Shown here: one piece after another, positions 24,601-33,720 of the stretch
How positions within the stretch are numbered: the stretch's first letter is position 1
Layout: every line of letters starts with the position of its first letter
Assembly: GCA_963514005.1 (NCBI GenBank)
Contig: OY740813.1
Span: 15,066,001 to 15,130,000 of the forward strand
DNA length: 64,000 bases
Source: Raja brachyura
Taxonomy: Eukaryota
Direction: 5' to 3'
Position numbers and translations under genes: made by a program
The notes under the pieces: generated by a model
Seen by the model: the letters and a program-made list of their open reading frames with translations, nothing else
Databases searched by the model: none
What the model was told of the DNA's origin: nothing

Positions 24601-25983
24601 TATATACAACCCCAAGCATAAATGAGGTACTGGAAAATAGGAGGCATGATGATCAACTGTAACAGATTAGGATCTAAACCGAACTACAATTCCATGTTCT
24701 GTTTTCCAATGCCGTGCACACACTTTCTGTGGAAAGGATAATAATCAGAAGCAGAAACACGGCAGACTCCCTCCCCCATCCACAGTTCAGAACTGGGCAT
24801 TGCATTGCTCAACACCTAGCAGGAAAATGGTTGTATTACTGAAACATAAATAACACCTTGTAGAATCATTCCTTTTTACAATATATGGCCATTTCAAAAT
24901 GTGGTACAAAGCGGCTCTTCAAAATAACTGTCCAATGCACTAAATATTTACTGGAGTATTGCTCCACAAATACTCACAAAAACCCTGGTATACTGGTTCA
25001 GACCACCATTGATGGCCTTTGTGTAAGCTTCTTTTACAAAATTTGGAGGCGAGAAGTCAGGAAATCCCTGTCCCAGGTTGACAGCAGAATAGTCAGCAGC
25101 AAGCTGAGTAAATTCCACCCTAAAAATGTTGGAAACAAATGCACATGAGAAATCGTTCTTAGTAATTTCCGTACCTTACTCCAGGCATTGTGCAAAAAGA
25201 CCTGCTTCACGGGGTGGGGGGTGAGAGAGCAGATCACTCACATTAGGCATCTCTGACAATTGATCAATTGTTGGACGAACTACAGAAAATTATGAGTCAA
25301 TTTACCATTGATTACTAATGGGTTTAAGAATGGTCTTGGTAAACCCAACTTGTTCCTTAAATTGGACAACAGGATTAACTGCACTTGTACCTGCTCCAAA
25401 GGCTCAAATTTGTTCCTCGGGGCATAGGAGGGTGAGGGGTGATCTTATCAAATTGTATAAAAACATGAGGGGATTAGATAGAGTGAAAGCAGAGTCCTTT
25501 TCTAAAGGTAGGGGAATTAAGAGCTAGAGAACATGGGTTTAAGGTGAAATGGAAAGTTTAATAGGAACCCGAGGGGTAGCTTTTTCCATTCTGAGTGGGT
25601 ATATCAAACAAGCTGCGAGAGGAAGTACTTGATGGAGGGACGATAATGACATTTAAAATACATTTGGACAGGAAAGAGGTATATGGGTCAAATAGAACTA
25701 GCTTAGATGGGCATCTTGGTCAGCACATATGTTGGGCCGAATGGTCTGTTTCTGTGCTATATAATGCTATGACTTAGTCTCACTTTGAGAGGAATCTTGC
25801 CATTGTCAGAGCAAATATTGAAGTGTGTTTTGACATGATATTCTATTCACTGAAATCTAGCAGCAGACAAGGTTTGTTAATCCCTATTTGTAGGCAATAA
25901 ATCGTCCCCATAAACTACAAATCAACTTACCAAACATTCTTGTCCAATCCTTCAATTCTGCGAGAAGATTTGTGGTGGGACAT
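6585..25983 (-). CDS. KYAT1: Kynurenine--oxoglutarate transaminase 1 / glutamine transaminase K / cysteine-S-conjugate beta-lyase, whole spliced CDS (12 coding exons, 421 aa)
   Basis: Exons 25983-25931, 25119-24978, 24067-23918, 22909-22823, 21660-21535, 16558-16438, 11339-11263, 10355-10266, 9521-9335, 8904-8828, 7577-7491 and 6653-6585 join in frame (1266 nt) with GT-AG junctions. Class I PLP aminotransferase motifs [35 protein letters not shown] and IRFCFVK are present. Head-to-head position with LRRC8A matches human KYAT1 synteny. Confidence 0.92.
7491..7577 (-). CDS. KYAT1: KYAT1 coding exon 11 ([29 protein letters not shown])
   Basis: cgtag acceptor, gtgagt donor; IRFCF motif. Confidence 0.95.
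7690..8310 (+). mobile_element. CR1 fragment interrupted by a Rex1-type 3' tail (about 7730-7975)
   Basis: agtttagaag...; gtgacaataataaactaaact tail; ggaattctc...gaggc...gatcagccatgat CR1 3' motifs. Confidence 0.6.
8828..8904 (-). CDS. KYAT1: KYAT1 coding exon 10 ([26 protein letters not shown])
   Basis: catcag acceptor, gtaggg donor; PYD..FVKW motif. Confidence 0.92.
9335..9521 (-). CDS. KYAT1: KYAT1 coding exon 9 ([21 protein letters not shown]...[19 protein letters not shown])
   Basis: gacag acceptor, gtgagt donor; 187 nt. Confidence 0.95.
10266..10355 (-). CDS. KYAT1: KYAT1 coding exon 8 ([30 protein letters not shown])
   Basis: tgtag acceptor, gtgaga donor; 90 nt. Confidence 0.95.
10890..11175 (+). 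mobile_element. Rex1/Babar-type 3' fragment
   Basis: aagaacagcttcttcc...gccatcagactcctgaac (NSFFPxAIRLLN) and tgacaataa tail. Confidence 0.65.
11263..11339 (-). CDS. KYAT1: KYAT1 coding exon 7 ([26 protein letters not shown]), contains the PLP Schiff-base lysine
   Basis: ctag acceptor, gtgagg donor; SAGK motif. Confidence 0.95.
12046..12960 (-). mobile_element. Rex1/Babar LINE, 5'-truncated, with uninterrupted RT C-terminal ORF and (TTCTGA)n tail
   Basis: ORF 12330..12941: [23 protein letters not shown]...[10 protein letters not shown]...LLPSGRRYR...NSFFP; aataaaaggcattctgattctgattctga tail. Confidence 0.92.
12961..13535 (+). mobile_element. CR1-type LINE 3' fragment
   Basis: [40 protein letters not shown]; ctctatgact tail. 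Confidence 0.92.
13905..14260 (-). mobile_element. Rex1-type 3' fragment
   Basis: tttattattgtcac tail; closely similar to 33250-33720. Confidence 0.7.
14455..14918 (+). mobile_element. Rex1-type 3' fragment with internal (TG)n microsatellite
   Basis: [23 protein letters not shown] in ORF 14430..14648; tgacaataaaacactcttgactcttg tail. Confidence 0.8.
15111..15344. mobile_element. PIF/Harbinger-type MITE
   Basis: TIRs agggcttgtcccactt / aagtgggacaggccct; 3-bp TSD TAA on both sides. Confidence 0.85.
15789..15991. mobile_element. hAT (Charlie-like) MITE
   Basis: Imperfect TIRs caagggatcccaacct / aagttgggaacctctg; perfect 8-bp TSD TTCTAGAT at 15781-15788 and 15992-15999. Confidence 0.88.
16040..16345 (+). 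mobile_element. CR1 3' fragment
   Basis: MRGMDRVD...[11 protein letters not shown]. Confidence 0.8.
16438..16558 (-). CDS. KYAT1: KYAT1 coding exon 6 ([40 protein letters not shown])
   Basis: tttag acceptor, gtaaga donor; DEVY PLP-binding motif. Confidence 0.95.
17907..18121 (+). mobile_element. tRNA-derived V-SINE (HE1-like), internally deleted
   Basis: Pol III A/B-box-like tggcacagctgt / gggttagatcct, CR1-like 3' tail gggccgaagggcctgttt, (taaac)n end. Confidence 0.75.
18125..19250 (+). mobile_element. CR1 fragment (interrupted)
   Basis: ttggttaggttgcacttggaatat ... tgtgtgcagttctggtcg ... [10 protein letters not shown]. Confidence 0.75.
18215..18720 (-). mobile_element. Rex1-type LINE fragment nested in a CR1 copy
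   Basis: ORF 18343..18546: HPLHDTL...[21 protein letters not shown]; CR1 sequence on both sides (18125-18200 and 18740-19250). Confidence 0.8.
21535..21660 (-). CDS. KYAT1: KYAT1 coding exon 5 ([42 protein letters not shown])
   Basis: cag acceptor, gtaaga donor; NTPNNP motif. Confidence 0.95.
21915..22435 (+). mobile_element. CR1 3' fragment
   Basis: tgaggggcgacctta...ggtttaagg...gggccaaagggcttgttt. Confidence 0.75.
22823..22909 (-). CDS. KYAT1: KYAT1 coding exon 4 ([29 protein letters not shown])
   Basis: tag acceptor, gtgagt donor; 87 nt. Confidence 0.95.
23918..24067 (-). CDS. KYAT1: KYAT1 coding exon 3 ([50 protein letters not shown])
   Basis: Lies within ORF 23900..24088; cag acceptor, gtaggt donor; 150 nt. 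Confidence 0.95.
24978..25119 (-). CDS. KYAT1: KYAT1 coding exon 2 ([47 protein letters not shown])
   Basis: ttttag acceptor, gtgagt donor, NLGQGFPD motif. Confidence 0.95.
25415..25775 (+). mobile_element. CR1 3' fragment
   Basis: [20 protein letters not shown]; gggccgaatggtctgtttctgtgct tail. Confidence 0.8.
25931..25983 (-). CDS. KYAT1: KYAT1 coding exon 1 ([18 protein letters not shown])
   Basis: Acceptor tttcag|GTAAAA ATG (exon starts 25989); 53 coding nt, then donor gtaagt. Confidence 0.9.
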
Positions 25984-27342
25984 TTTTACCTGAAAAAAAG
26001 GCAACCCCCATATTTTATTTGCAGTAATCAAATAGATTAAAATGAAATAATTATGAATAGGTAACGTGCTATTTAAAGGTTGTACCTAGTGCACATTCAT
26101 AACGCTTTAGTGAAAAACTAAAGACATCTGATAAAGCAAGCAACATTCCACAAACAAGCAGAATAATAGTTGATACTGAGGAAGACGAGCAAAATACATC
26201 AATAAATATGCAAAGTAAGCATGCCTGTGGAAAATGAACCAGTAGTAAATAGTCAAGCGATGTATTTTACAGAAATAAGGCAGCCAGTACAATAAGGCTG
26301 CAAGTTAGACAAGCTCACAAAAGGTGCCTATGGATACAGATTAATAAATGACTAAAACAGTAACCAAGAGATAGACTAAGATGGGAGGATGGATTTACGA
26401 AATGATCTGAATTAATATCTTACAAGAGGTCATCACACTACCTTTTTTCTTGAACTCTGACCTCTATAGACTTGGATGTGGGTGCTTTAACTGCTTTCTC
26501 AATCTACACAAACTTTCAGTGATTAGTGCACATACACCCCCAGCCGCCTCAACTCCTGCAGTTGTTTTAGAATTGAATCCTCCAGATTAAATTGTCTCTC
26601 TGCATTCGTCCGAAAATGAACACTTCGTATCAGTAAATTTTCCGCTGTTGCCTGATACATTCCATCTGCTGTTTAATCCTCTTGAAGTCTGTTGATATCG
26701 ACCTCATAGCTCACCACAATATAAGAAGAAAATCAAGAGCCAAGAATTTTTAATTGTCGTATGTACCGAAACGGAACAATGACATTCTTAGCAAATGGAC
26801 AAAGTATTTTAGGGATACAAGGAAGATATCATGACAGAAAGCGTGGGGAAGAATTGGTGGTTGTCAATGCAGAATATCTAAGCTGAAGTTGAGACATAGA
26901 GAACTAGAGAAAAAAAATGGGCAAATAATTTGTCAGGTAATGTCATCAGGACAATTTTTTCTGATGCACCTTATATGTTTTTTTTTCAAAGGAACAGCTA
27001 GTTGTTGCAATTCTGTTAACCTTGTATGAATTGTCATGCACATATTTGTTTTAAAATTCCTGTTGGTAGCCCTTGGAGACATTTAACCGTTACTAACTAA
27101 CCATTAATCTTTACCATCATGAAAGGGAGGAAGTTTGAGAGAGATTTCCCAACATTCCTCCTTAAGCTAACACTGAAAACAAATTTATCAGTATTTATTT
27201 TCCGGTTGGAGTAAGTTCTAAACAAAAATATCTGCCAGGTTCCTTAACATTAGTCAGTACATTTATAGAAACGTCTTCCTTCCTTTACAGCCAGTTGATT
27301 CTTCATCGCACAAAGAGTTATTACACAAAGTGCATTATTCAC

Positions 27343-27426
27343 CTTTTGACTATTGAAAATGTTGTTGATCAAAGTGTTATTTCTGATGACCATGTGTGTT
27401 GGGCCTCTCAGCATATCTGCTATCGT
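27343..27426 (-). CDS. KYAT1: Candidate alternative KYAT1 exon encoding an N-terminal extension (MLRGPTHMVIRNNTLINNIFNSQK)
   Basis: Pyrimidine-rich acceptor ctttctggttcctatttacccag|, ATG at 27414, phase-0 donor AAG|gtgaat; in frame with GTA AAA ATG of the next exon. Confidence 0.5.
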
Positions 27427-28929
27427 CTGGGTAAATAGGAACCAGAAAGATACCCTTACAATCCTTGCATCGTCTGAACATCATCTGCCAAAATTGAAAG
27501 TACAATATGCTAAATATTTGTAATAATTACAGAAAATGGAAAAAAAAAGCAGCAGTTGTAGGCAGGACAAGAGAGACCAGGATGTTACAAAATGAGCGAT
27601 CCCTTCAAAATTCTAAAAAGGGAGGGGAATATTTGCCTGATGGTGGAATATTGTTGGATCAGGCACAAGGTTGAACACAGAAGCTGGTGGAATAGATGAC
27701 AAGGACCAGGAGAGCCATTCTACTCCATTCATTGTTCCAAAGCCTGTTTAGCAGGGTGTTTGGAAGGGGCACACTGGGCAGGATCTATGTGTTAAAAGCA
27801 CCTTTGATAAGTGGAAGATGAAGACACATTAGACTAGACATTCTGGAGTCCCAAGCAAAAAACAATGTGCTCTGGTAGGATCGCAACCTGAAACGTCATC
27901 TGTCCTTTTCCCTCCACAGAAACTGCCTGACCCGCTGAGTTCCCCCAGCACTTTTTTTATGTAAAATAAATGCAAAATGTTTAATGTTTTCATGTTTTGC
28001 AGTGTAGCTTTAGTATAACAAGAAATTGTACGTAATTGCTTTACATCTCATTTTAGTCAGCAGAGTGTATTCCAATACACTTATTTTGAATATATTAGAA
28101 TATATATAAAACAGCTTAATACCTGTCAAAAATTACTTTCAGCTGTGAATGTTTCACATCTATATCGATATATAGATTGGTAGATTATGAGGTAGGCGTA
28201 AGGTTATATATTAGGTGCTATGACAATAATAACATGTTATTTCCTCTATCCCTTACATAAATTTGGGAATTTACAGTATTGCTTTAATAGATCAAAAACC
28301 ATAATCTTGACATTTTAATGAGTTTATCCCATAGAAGGTGCATTAATAATTCAAAAGTGCCCTACATTGAATTCACATTTGTCATCTTAATATTAGGATG
28401 GACAGCAAAAGAGACACGAACAGCAACAAGAAAATTGATTGGAATGTCAAGTAACTGGCTATAAAAGTGGGCAATAACAGCAATGTCCTGATGCACTTTT
28501 CAACCGAAGATGGCTTGCCAATATTGAAAGTTAAGAAGCATATGTGAGTAATGCCCATCATGACAGATTAGCCCAAGATGTTTGATATTCACCATTTATT
28601 AATTAATACATCAGAAAATAAGCACCGCCTTCATGAAATTGAGAGAAAACAGTTTTTTTCCCCAGGAAAAACAGCTTTCATATCAAGTAGCTTCCACTGA
28701 CAAAAAAAAACCTAGTTGTTTTCTATTTGTCCTCTCAATCACACGTTTCACTTGTTTAAATATGTATTATATGACCAACTTTTGCCTTGGATCAGGTTAT
28801 CTTTTGCTAAAAGCATTATCCCTGGCATCATCAATATGGTTTAACACTCAATATTTTCTTTTCCAGCCTTTTCCCTTCTATCCTTTATGGACTTCAGTAT
28901 ATGTTTAAATTTGATCACACCTCCATCTT

Positions 28930-29515
28930 GGTATAGAACATAGGACTGGAACAGGCCCTTTGGCCCACGATGTCTGTGCTGAACACGATGCCAAGACCAA
29001 ATCTTACCAGCCTGCATGTGGCCAATGTACTTCCATTCCTTGTGCATCCATATGCCCATCTAAAAATCTCTTCAATTTCATATTTGCCTTAACCAGCGTC
29101 AATGGGAGCACGTTCCAAGCATTCACCACCTTCTGTAATATATTTGACCCGCACATCTTCTTAAAACTTCTCTCTCACCTTAAAGCTACACCTTCTAGTA
29201 TTTGCTTTTTCCATTTTGAGGTAAAGGTTGACTTTCTATCCTGTCAATGCTTCTCATAATTTTATATATTTCTATCAGGTCTCCCTTCTGGCATTCCAGA
29301 GAAAGCAGTTCAAGTTTATCCAATCTTCATTCCGATAAACATCCTCTGCACTTTCCAAAGCCTTCACATCCTTCTTGTAATGGGGCGACCATAACTGCAA
29401 GCAATACTCCAAATGCAGACTAACCAAAGTCCAATAAAGCTGCACATTGACTTCCTGACTCTTATACTCCATGCCTCAATCGATTAAGTCAAGCATACCA
29501 AATGTCTTCTTAACT
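28930..29515 (-). mobile_element. CR1 3' fragment
   Basis: ORF 29275..29472: LYWTLVSLHLEYCLQLWSPHYKKDVKALE. Confidence 0.85.
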
Positions 29516-30385
29516 TACTACAGTCAAATGTAACTGATTGTTCATTTTATTCTCAATGTCGTATCAATTTCCTTTTCTACAATTCCCCTCTGCTAGTAAA
29601 GGTAAAAAGTCATGCACAACAGGAGTACTGCACTTCCCACTCCGTCAGACAGGTGCCTGGACTTTAGTCTCAAATCAACAAAGCATAAACGTCCTTCAGG
29701 ATAAACGTCAATGGCATAACATTGTAGTTCGATTTGAGACATTAACTTTGTTCTTTTGTCCATAATTGTCGGTTAATTTGCTGAGTCACTTGTTTACTTC
29801 TGGATTTCCAGCAGCATATAAATCTGGGATACAAAAATACAGAGGGGGGGTGGGGAGGATTTAAATAGATTGCATGACATAATGACAAATACTATTCCTC
29901 TGTCCTCTCCTGCTACAAAAGGTGATCACTCCAAACTCCACAATTGTGTATCTAAAAATGAGTACAATAATTTGAAAGAAAATTAAATAGACCCATAAAC
30001 ACACATAATCCAGTGAACCAGGCGAGGGTGTCGAGAAACTTTTGACCAAGTGCACCCTCCATCCTCTCCCAGCTTGTCGGGTAGTAGTATCATGGGTGTT
30101 TTACAACGAACCAAACACTTACAGGGCTTCGTTTCCCCGGCACCCGACCTGGCGTTGGTGCCGGTACTCGGGGAACTGCCGTGTGACGCCTGGTGTTGCT
30201 TAGACTGACTGGCTGGTGGTGTTGGGGTTCGGGTTTGGCACTCGGGGGACCACCGCAGTGTAACACCCCCAGCTGAGGGCACCTCTATGGGGCCGGCCGG
30301 ACCAGCCGAGTGGTTCACACTGCCCTCCCCCGCCTCTGCCCACAATTAAGAGACCTACAGCGACTCCTTTGTCGCGGCCGCTTAC

Positions 30386-30455
30386 AGTTTATTCTCTGTT
30401 TTACAGGTCGCCCTGTTTCATTGCGGACGGGATGCGGCGACGCCTCTTCCGGCTG
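30386..30455 (-). other. KYAT1: Candidate KYAT1 non-coding first exon (contains uORF MKQGDL*, 30421-30401)
   Basis: Donor ACT|gtaagc at 30386/30385 inside the CpG-rich region; 5' end approximate. Confidence 0.5.
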
Positions 30456-30479
30456 GAGCTCGCAACACTTCCGGCGGGG

Positions 30480-30646
30480 TGGGGGATGTTTTTGTGCGGG
30501 GGACGCGGCGCCCCCTGCTCAGAGCAGCCGGAGTGACGGGAGGGAAGGAGAGGGAGCCCAACACAGGCGGAGCCGGAGACCCGGGCCGCGGCAGCCAGCC
30601 AGCAGGAGCAGGAGCCCTGGGACAGGCTGCGGCAGCGGCGAGAACG
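30480..30646 (+). other. LRRC8A: Candidate LRRC8A non-coding first exon
   Basis: GC-rich segment ending in donor AACG|gtgagc at 30646/30647; start approximate. Confidence 0.6.
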
Positions 30647-30751
30647 GTGAGCCGGTCCCTTTCTCTGAGGCAGCGCGCCGGGGGTGGGATTGGCTGGGAC
30701 ACTGGGGAGTGGATATGACTCCAGTATCTTTGGATATGAATGGGAATGGCT

Positions 30752-32545
30752 GGGACACTGGGTAGAGGGAATAGCTGGCTGGGACACTGGGTAGAGGGAA
30801 TAGCTGGCTGGGACACTGGGTAGAGGGAATAGCTGGCTGGGACACTGGGTAGAGGGAATAGCTGGCTAGGACACTGGGTAGAGGGAATAGCTGGCTGGGA
30901 CACCAGAGAGAGGGAATAGCTGGCTGGGACATTGGGTAGAGGGAATAGCTGGCTGGGACACTGGGTAGAGGGAATAGCTGGCTGGGACACCAGAGAGAGG
31001 GAATAGCTGGCTGTGACACTGGGTAGAGGGAATAGCTGGCTGGGACACTGGGTAGAGGGAATAGCTGGCTGGGACACTGGGTAGAGGGAATAGCTGGCTG
31101 GGACACTGGGTAGATGGAATAACTGGCTGGGACACCAGAGAGAGGGAATAGCTGGCTGGGACATTGGGTAGAGGGAATAGCTGGCTGGGACACTGGGTAG
31201 AGGGAATAGCTGGCTGGGACACTGGGTAGAGGGAATAGCTGGCTGGGACACTGGGTAGAGGGAATAGCTGGCTGGGACACTGGGTAGAGGGAATAGCTGG
31301 CTGGGACACTGGGTAGAGGGAATAGCTGGCTGGGACACTGGGTAGAGGGAATAGCTGGCTGGGACACTGGGTAGATGGAATAGCTGGCTGGAACACTGGG
31401 TAGAGGGAATAGCTGGCTGGGACACTGGGTAGATGGAATAGCTGGCTGGGACACTGGGTAGATGGAATAGCTGGCTGGGACACTGGGTAGAGGGAATAGC
31501 TGGCTGGGACACTGGGTAGATGGAATAGCTGGCTGGGACACTGGGTAGAGGGAATAGCTGGCTGGGACACTGGGTAGAGGGAATAGCTGGCTGGGACACT
31601 GGGTAGATGGAATAGCTGGCTGGGACACTGGGTAGAGGGAATAGCTGGCTGGGACACTGGGTAGATGGAATAACTGGCTGGGACACCAGAGAGAGGGAAT
31701 AGCTGGCTGGGACATTGGGTAGAGGAAATAGCTGGCTGGGACACTGGGTAGAGGGAATAGCTGGCTGGGACACTAGAGAGAGGGAATATCTGGCTGGAAC
31801 ACTAGAGACAGGGAATAGCTGGCCTGGACACTGGGTAGAGGGAATAGCTGGCTGGGACACTGGGTAGAGGGAATAGCTGGCTGGGACACTGGGTAGAGGG
31901 AATAGCTGGCTGGGACACTGGGTAGATGGAATAGCTGGCTGGGACACTGGGTAGAGGGAATAGCTGGCTGGGACACTGGGTAGATGGAATAACTGGCTGG
32001 GACACCAGAGAGAGGGAATAGCTGGCTGGGACATTGGGTAGAGGAAATAGCTGGCTGGGACACTGGGTAGAGGGAATAGCTGGCTGGGACACTAGAGAGA
32101 GGGAATATCTGGCTGGAACACTAGAGACAGGGAATAGCTGGCCTGGACACTGGGTAGAGGGAATAGCTGGCTGGGACACTGGGTAGAGGGAATAGCTGGC
32201 TGGGACACCAGAGAGAGGGAATAGCTGGCCTGGACACTGGGTAGAGGGAATAGCTGGCTGGGACACTGGGTAGAGGGAATAGCTGGCTGGGACACTGGGT
32301 AGAGGGAATGGCTGGCTGGGACACTGGGTAGAGGGAATAGCTGGCTGGGACACTGGGTAGAGGGAATAGCTGGCTGGGACACTGGGTAGAGGGAATAGCA
32401 GGCTGGGACACCAGAGAGAGGGAATAGCTGGCTGTGACACTGGGTAGAGGGAATAGCTGGCTGGGACATTGGGTAGAGGGAATGGCTGGCTGGGACACTG
32501 GGTAGAGGGACTAGCTGGCTGGGACACTGGGTAGAGGGAATGACT
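30752..32545 (+). repeat. 29-bp G-rich minisatellite (GGGACACTGGGTAGAGGGAATAGCTGGCT), about 62 copies
   Basis: Unit starts keep an exact 29-bp register from 30752 to 32521; degenerate units on both flanks (about 30690 and 32545-32690). Confidence 0.98.
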
Positions 32546-32814
32546 GGGGAGTACAGATGGGAATTGCTGGGGAGTGGGAACAGCTGAGGAGTGAGAATGG
32601 GACTGTCTGGGACACTGGGGAGAGGGAATGGCTGGGACGTTGGAGAGTGAGAATGCCTGGCTGGGGAATGGGATCGGCTGGGACACTGAGGAAGGAGAGT
32701 AACTAATAGCTCGAGATCTGGTAGAATGGGAATGGCTGGCAATCTATGGTCAGGCAAATGACCAGCGCCCCATATTCTGGGGAAGGGAAATTGAATGGAG
32801 GCCTATGTTGTGGA

Positions 32815-33160
32815 GACTACAGATGCTGGAATCTGGCTCAAAAGCGCCAAACCACTGGAGGAACTCCACAGGTTGAGCAGCATCTGAAAGATGGAAGGAA
32901 TTTGAGTTGAGACCCTGCATCAGGATTGAGAGTGGAGAGGGAAGGTAGCTAATATAATGAGGAAGGGAGTGATGTACTGACGAGTAGATGCTAGGTAGAT
33001 TGATGAAGGATGATGGACATATAAGGTGTTGTTCCTCCAGTTTACATTTGGCATCACCCTGGAAAGGATGGGTAGGTTGTTGTGGGAATGGTAAGGGAAG
33101 TTGTCATGGTATGAACAGGGAACTTGGAATGACCATTGCAGCCAGAGCATAGATGGCTAT
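32815..33160 (-). mobile_element. Degenerate Penelope-like fragment (endonuclease C-terminus plus pseudo-LTR)
   Basis: Minus strand gives ...HDNFPYHSH... and, in another frame, CKLEEQHL; pLTR motifs cagatgctggaatc, gagaccctgcatcagga. Confidence 0.6.
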
Positions 33161-33249
33161 TCTGGGGATGACTGGGTCAGATGATTGCAGCAAAAAAATG
33201 GGTAACTCATTGTTGTAAGCCTGCAGCTGAAACTTTTCAATGCTTATTT

Positions 33250-33720
33250 TAGGTTTAGATTTACTATTGTCATGTATACTGAGGTACAGGGAATAGCTTT
33301 GTTTTGCATGCTATCCAAGCAATGGATAATAATAGACATAAATACAATCAAGTTAAACTCAAGTAAAATAGATAGAACAGATTAGATGATACAGATTGCA
33401 GAATATAGTTCTCAGCATCGTAGCGCATCAGTTCCTTAGACAAAGTCCAATGTCCACATTGGAATAGAGGTGAATCAGACAATGCCCTGCTGGTTGAAGG
33501 ACCATTCTGAAGCCTGATAACAGTGGCAAAGAAACTGTTCCTGAGTCTGGTGGCATGTGCTTTCAAGCTTCTATGCCTTTTACCAGATGGGAGCAGGGAG
33601 AAGAGGGAATGATCAGGATGGGACAAGTCTTTAATGATGTTGGCTGCTTTTCTGAATCTGGTCTGTGTGATGGATTAAGCTCTATTTACAATACTCTGTA
33701 ATTGTTTGCCCTCTTGGACA
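33250..33720 (-). mobile_element. Rex1-type 3' fragment
   Basis: ORF 33348..33626: SHPDHSLFSLLPSGKRHRSLKAHATRLRNSFF. Confidence 0.85.

Larger units (their letters stand above)
30120..30700. promoter_or_regulatory. CpG-rich bidirectional promoter shared by KYAT1 (-) and LRRC8A (+)
   Basis: Most CpG/GC-dense non-repeat segment between the two genes; ETS/GABP-type CTTCCGG at 30446-30452 and ACTTCCGG at 30467-30474, GC boxes, and outward-facing splice donors at 30385 (-) and 30647 (+). Confidence 0.8.

Noticed and set aside
30390-30410. Plus-strand acceptor-like ttctctgttttacag in the promoter
   Set aside because: No upstream plus-strand exon was found; it overlaps the candidate KYAT1 first exon and is probably coincidental.
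30752-32545. CRISPR-like array
   Set aside because: Repeats are contiguous with no unique spacers, there are no cas genes, and the DNA is vertebrate.
30418-32757. Long minus-strand ORFs (up to 538 aa) of repeating SQPAIPSTQCPSQLFPLPSVPASYSLYPV
   Set aside because: Artefact of a 29-bp unit whose C-rich strand lacks stops; the same peptide cycles through all three frames, and there is no sign of a gene structure.
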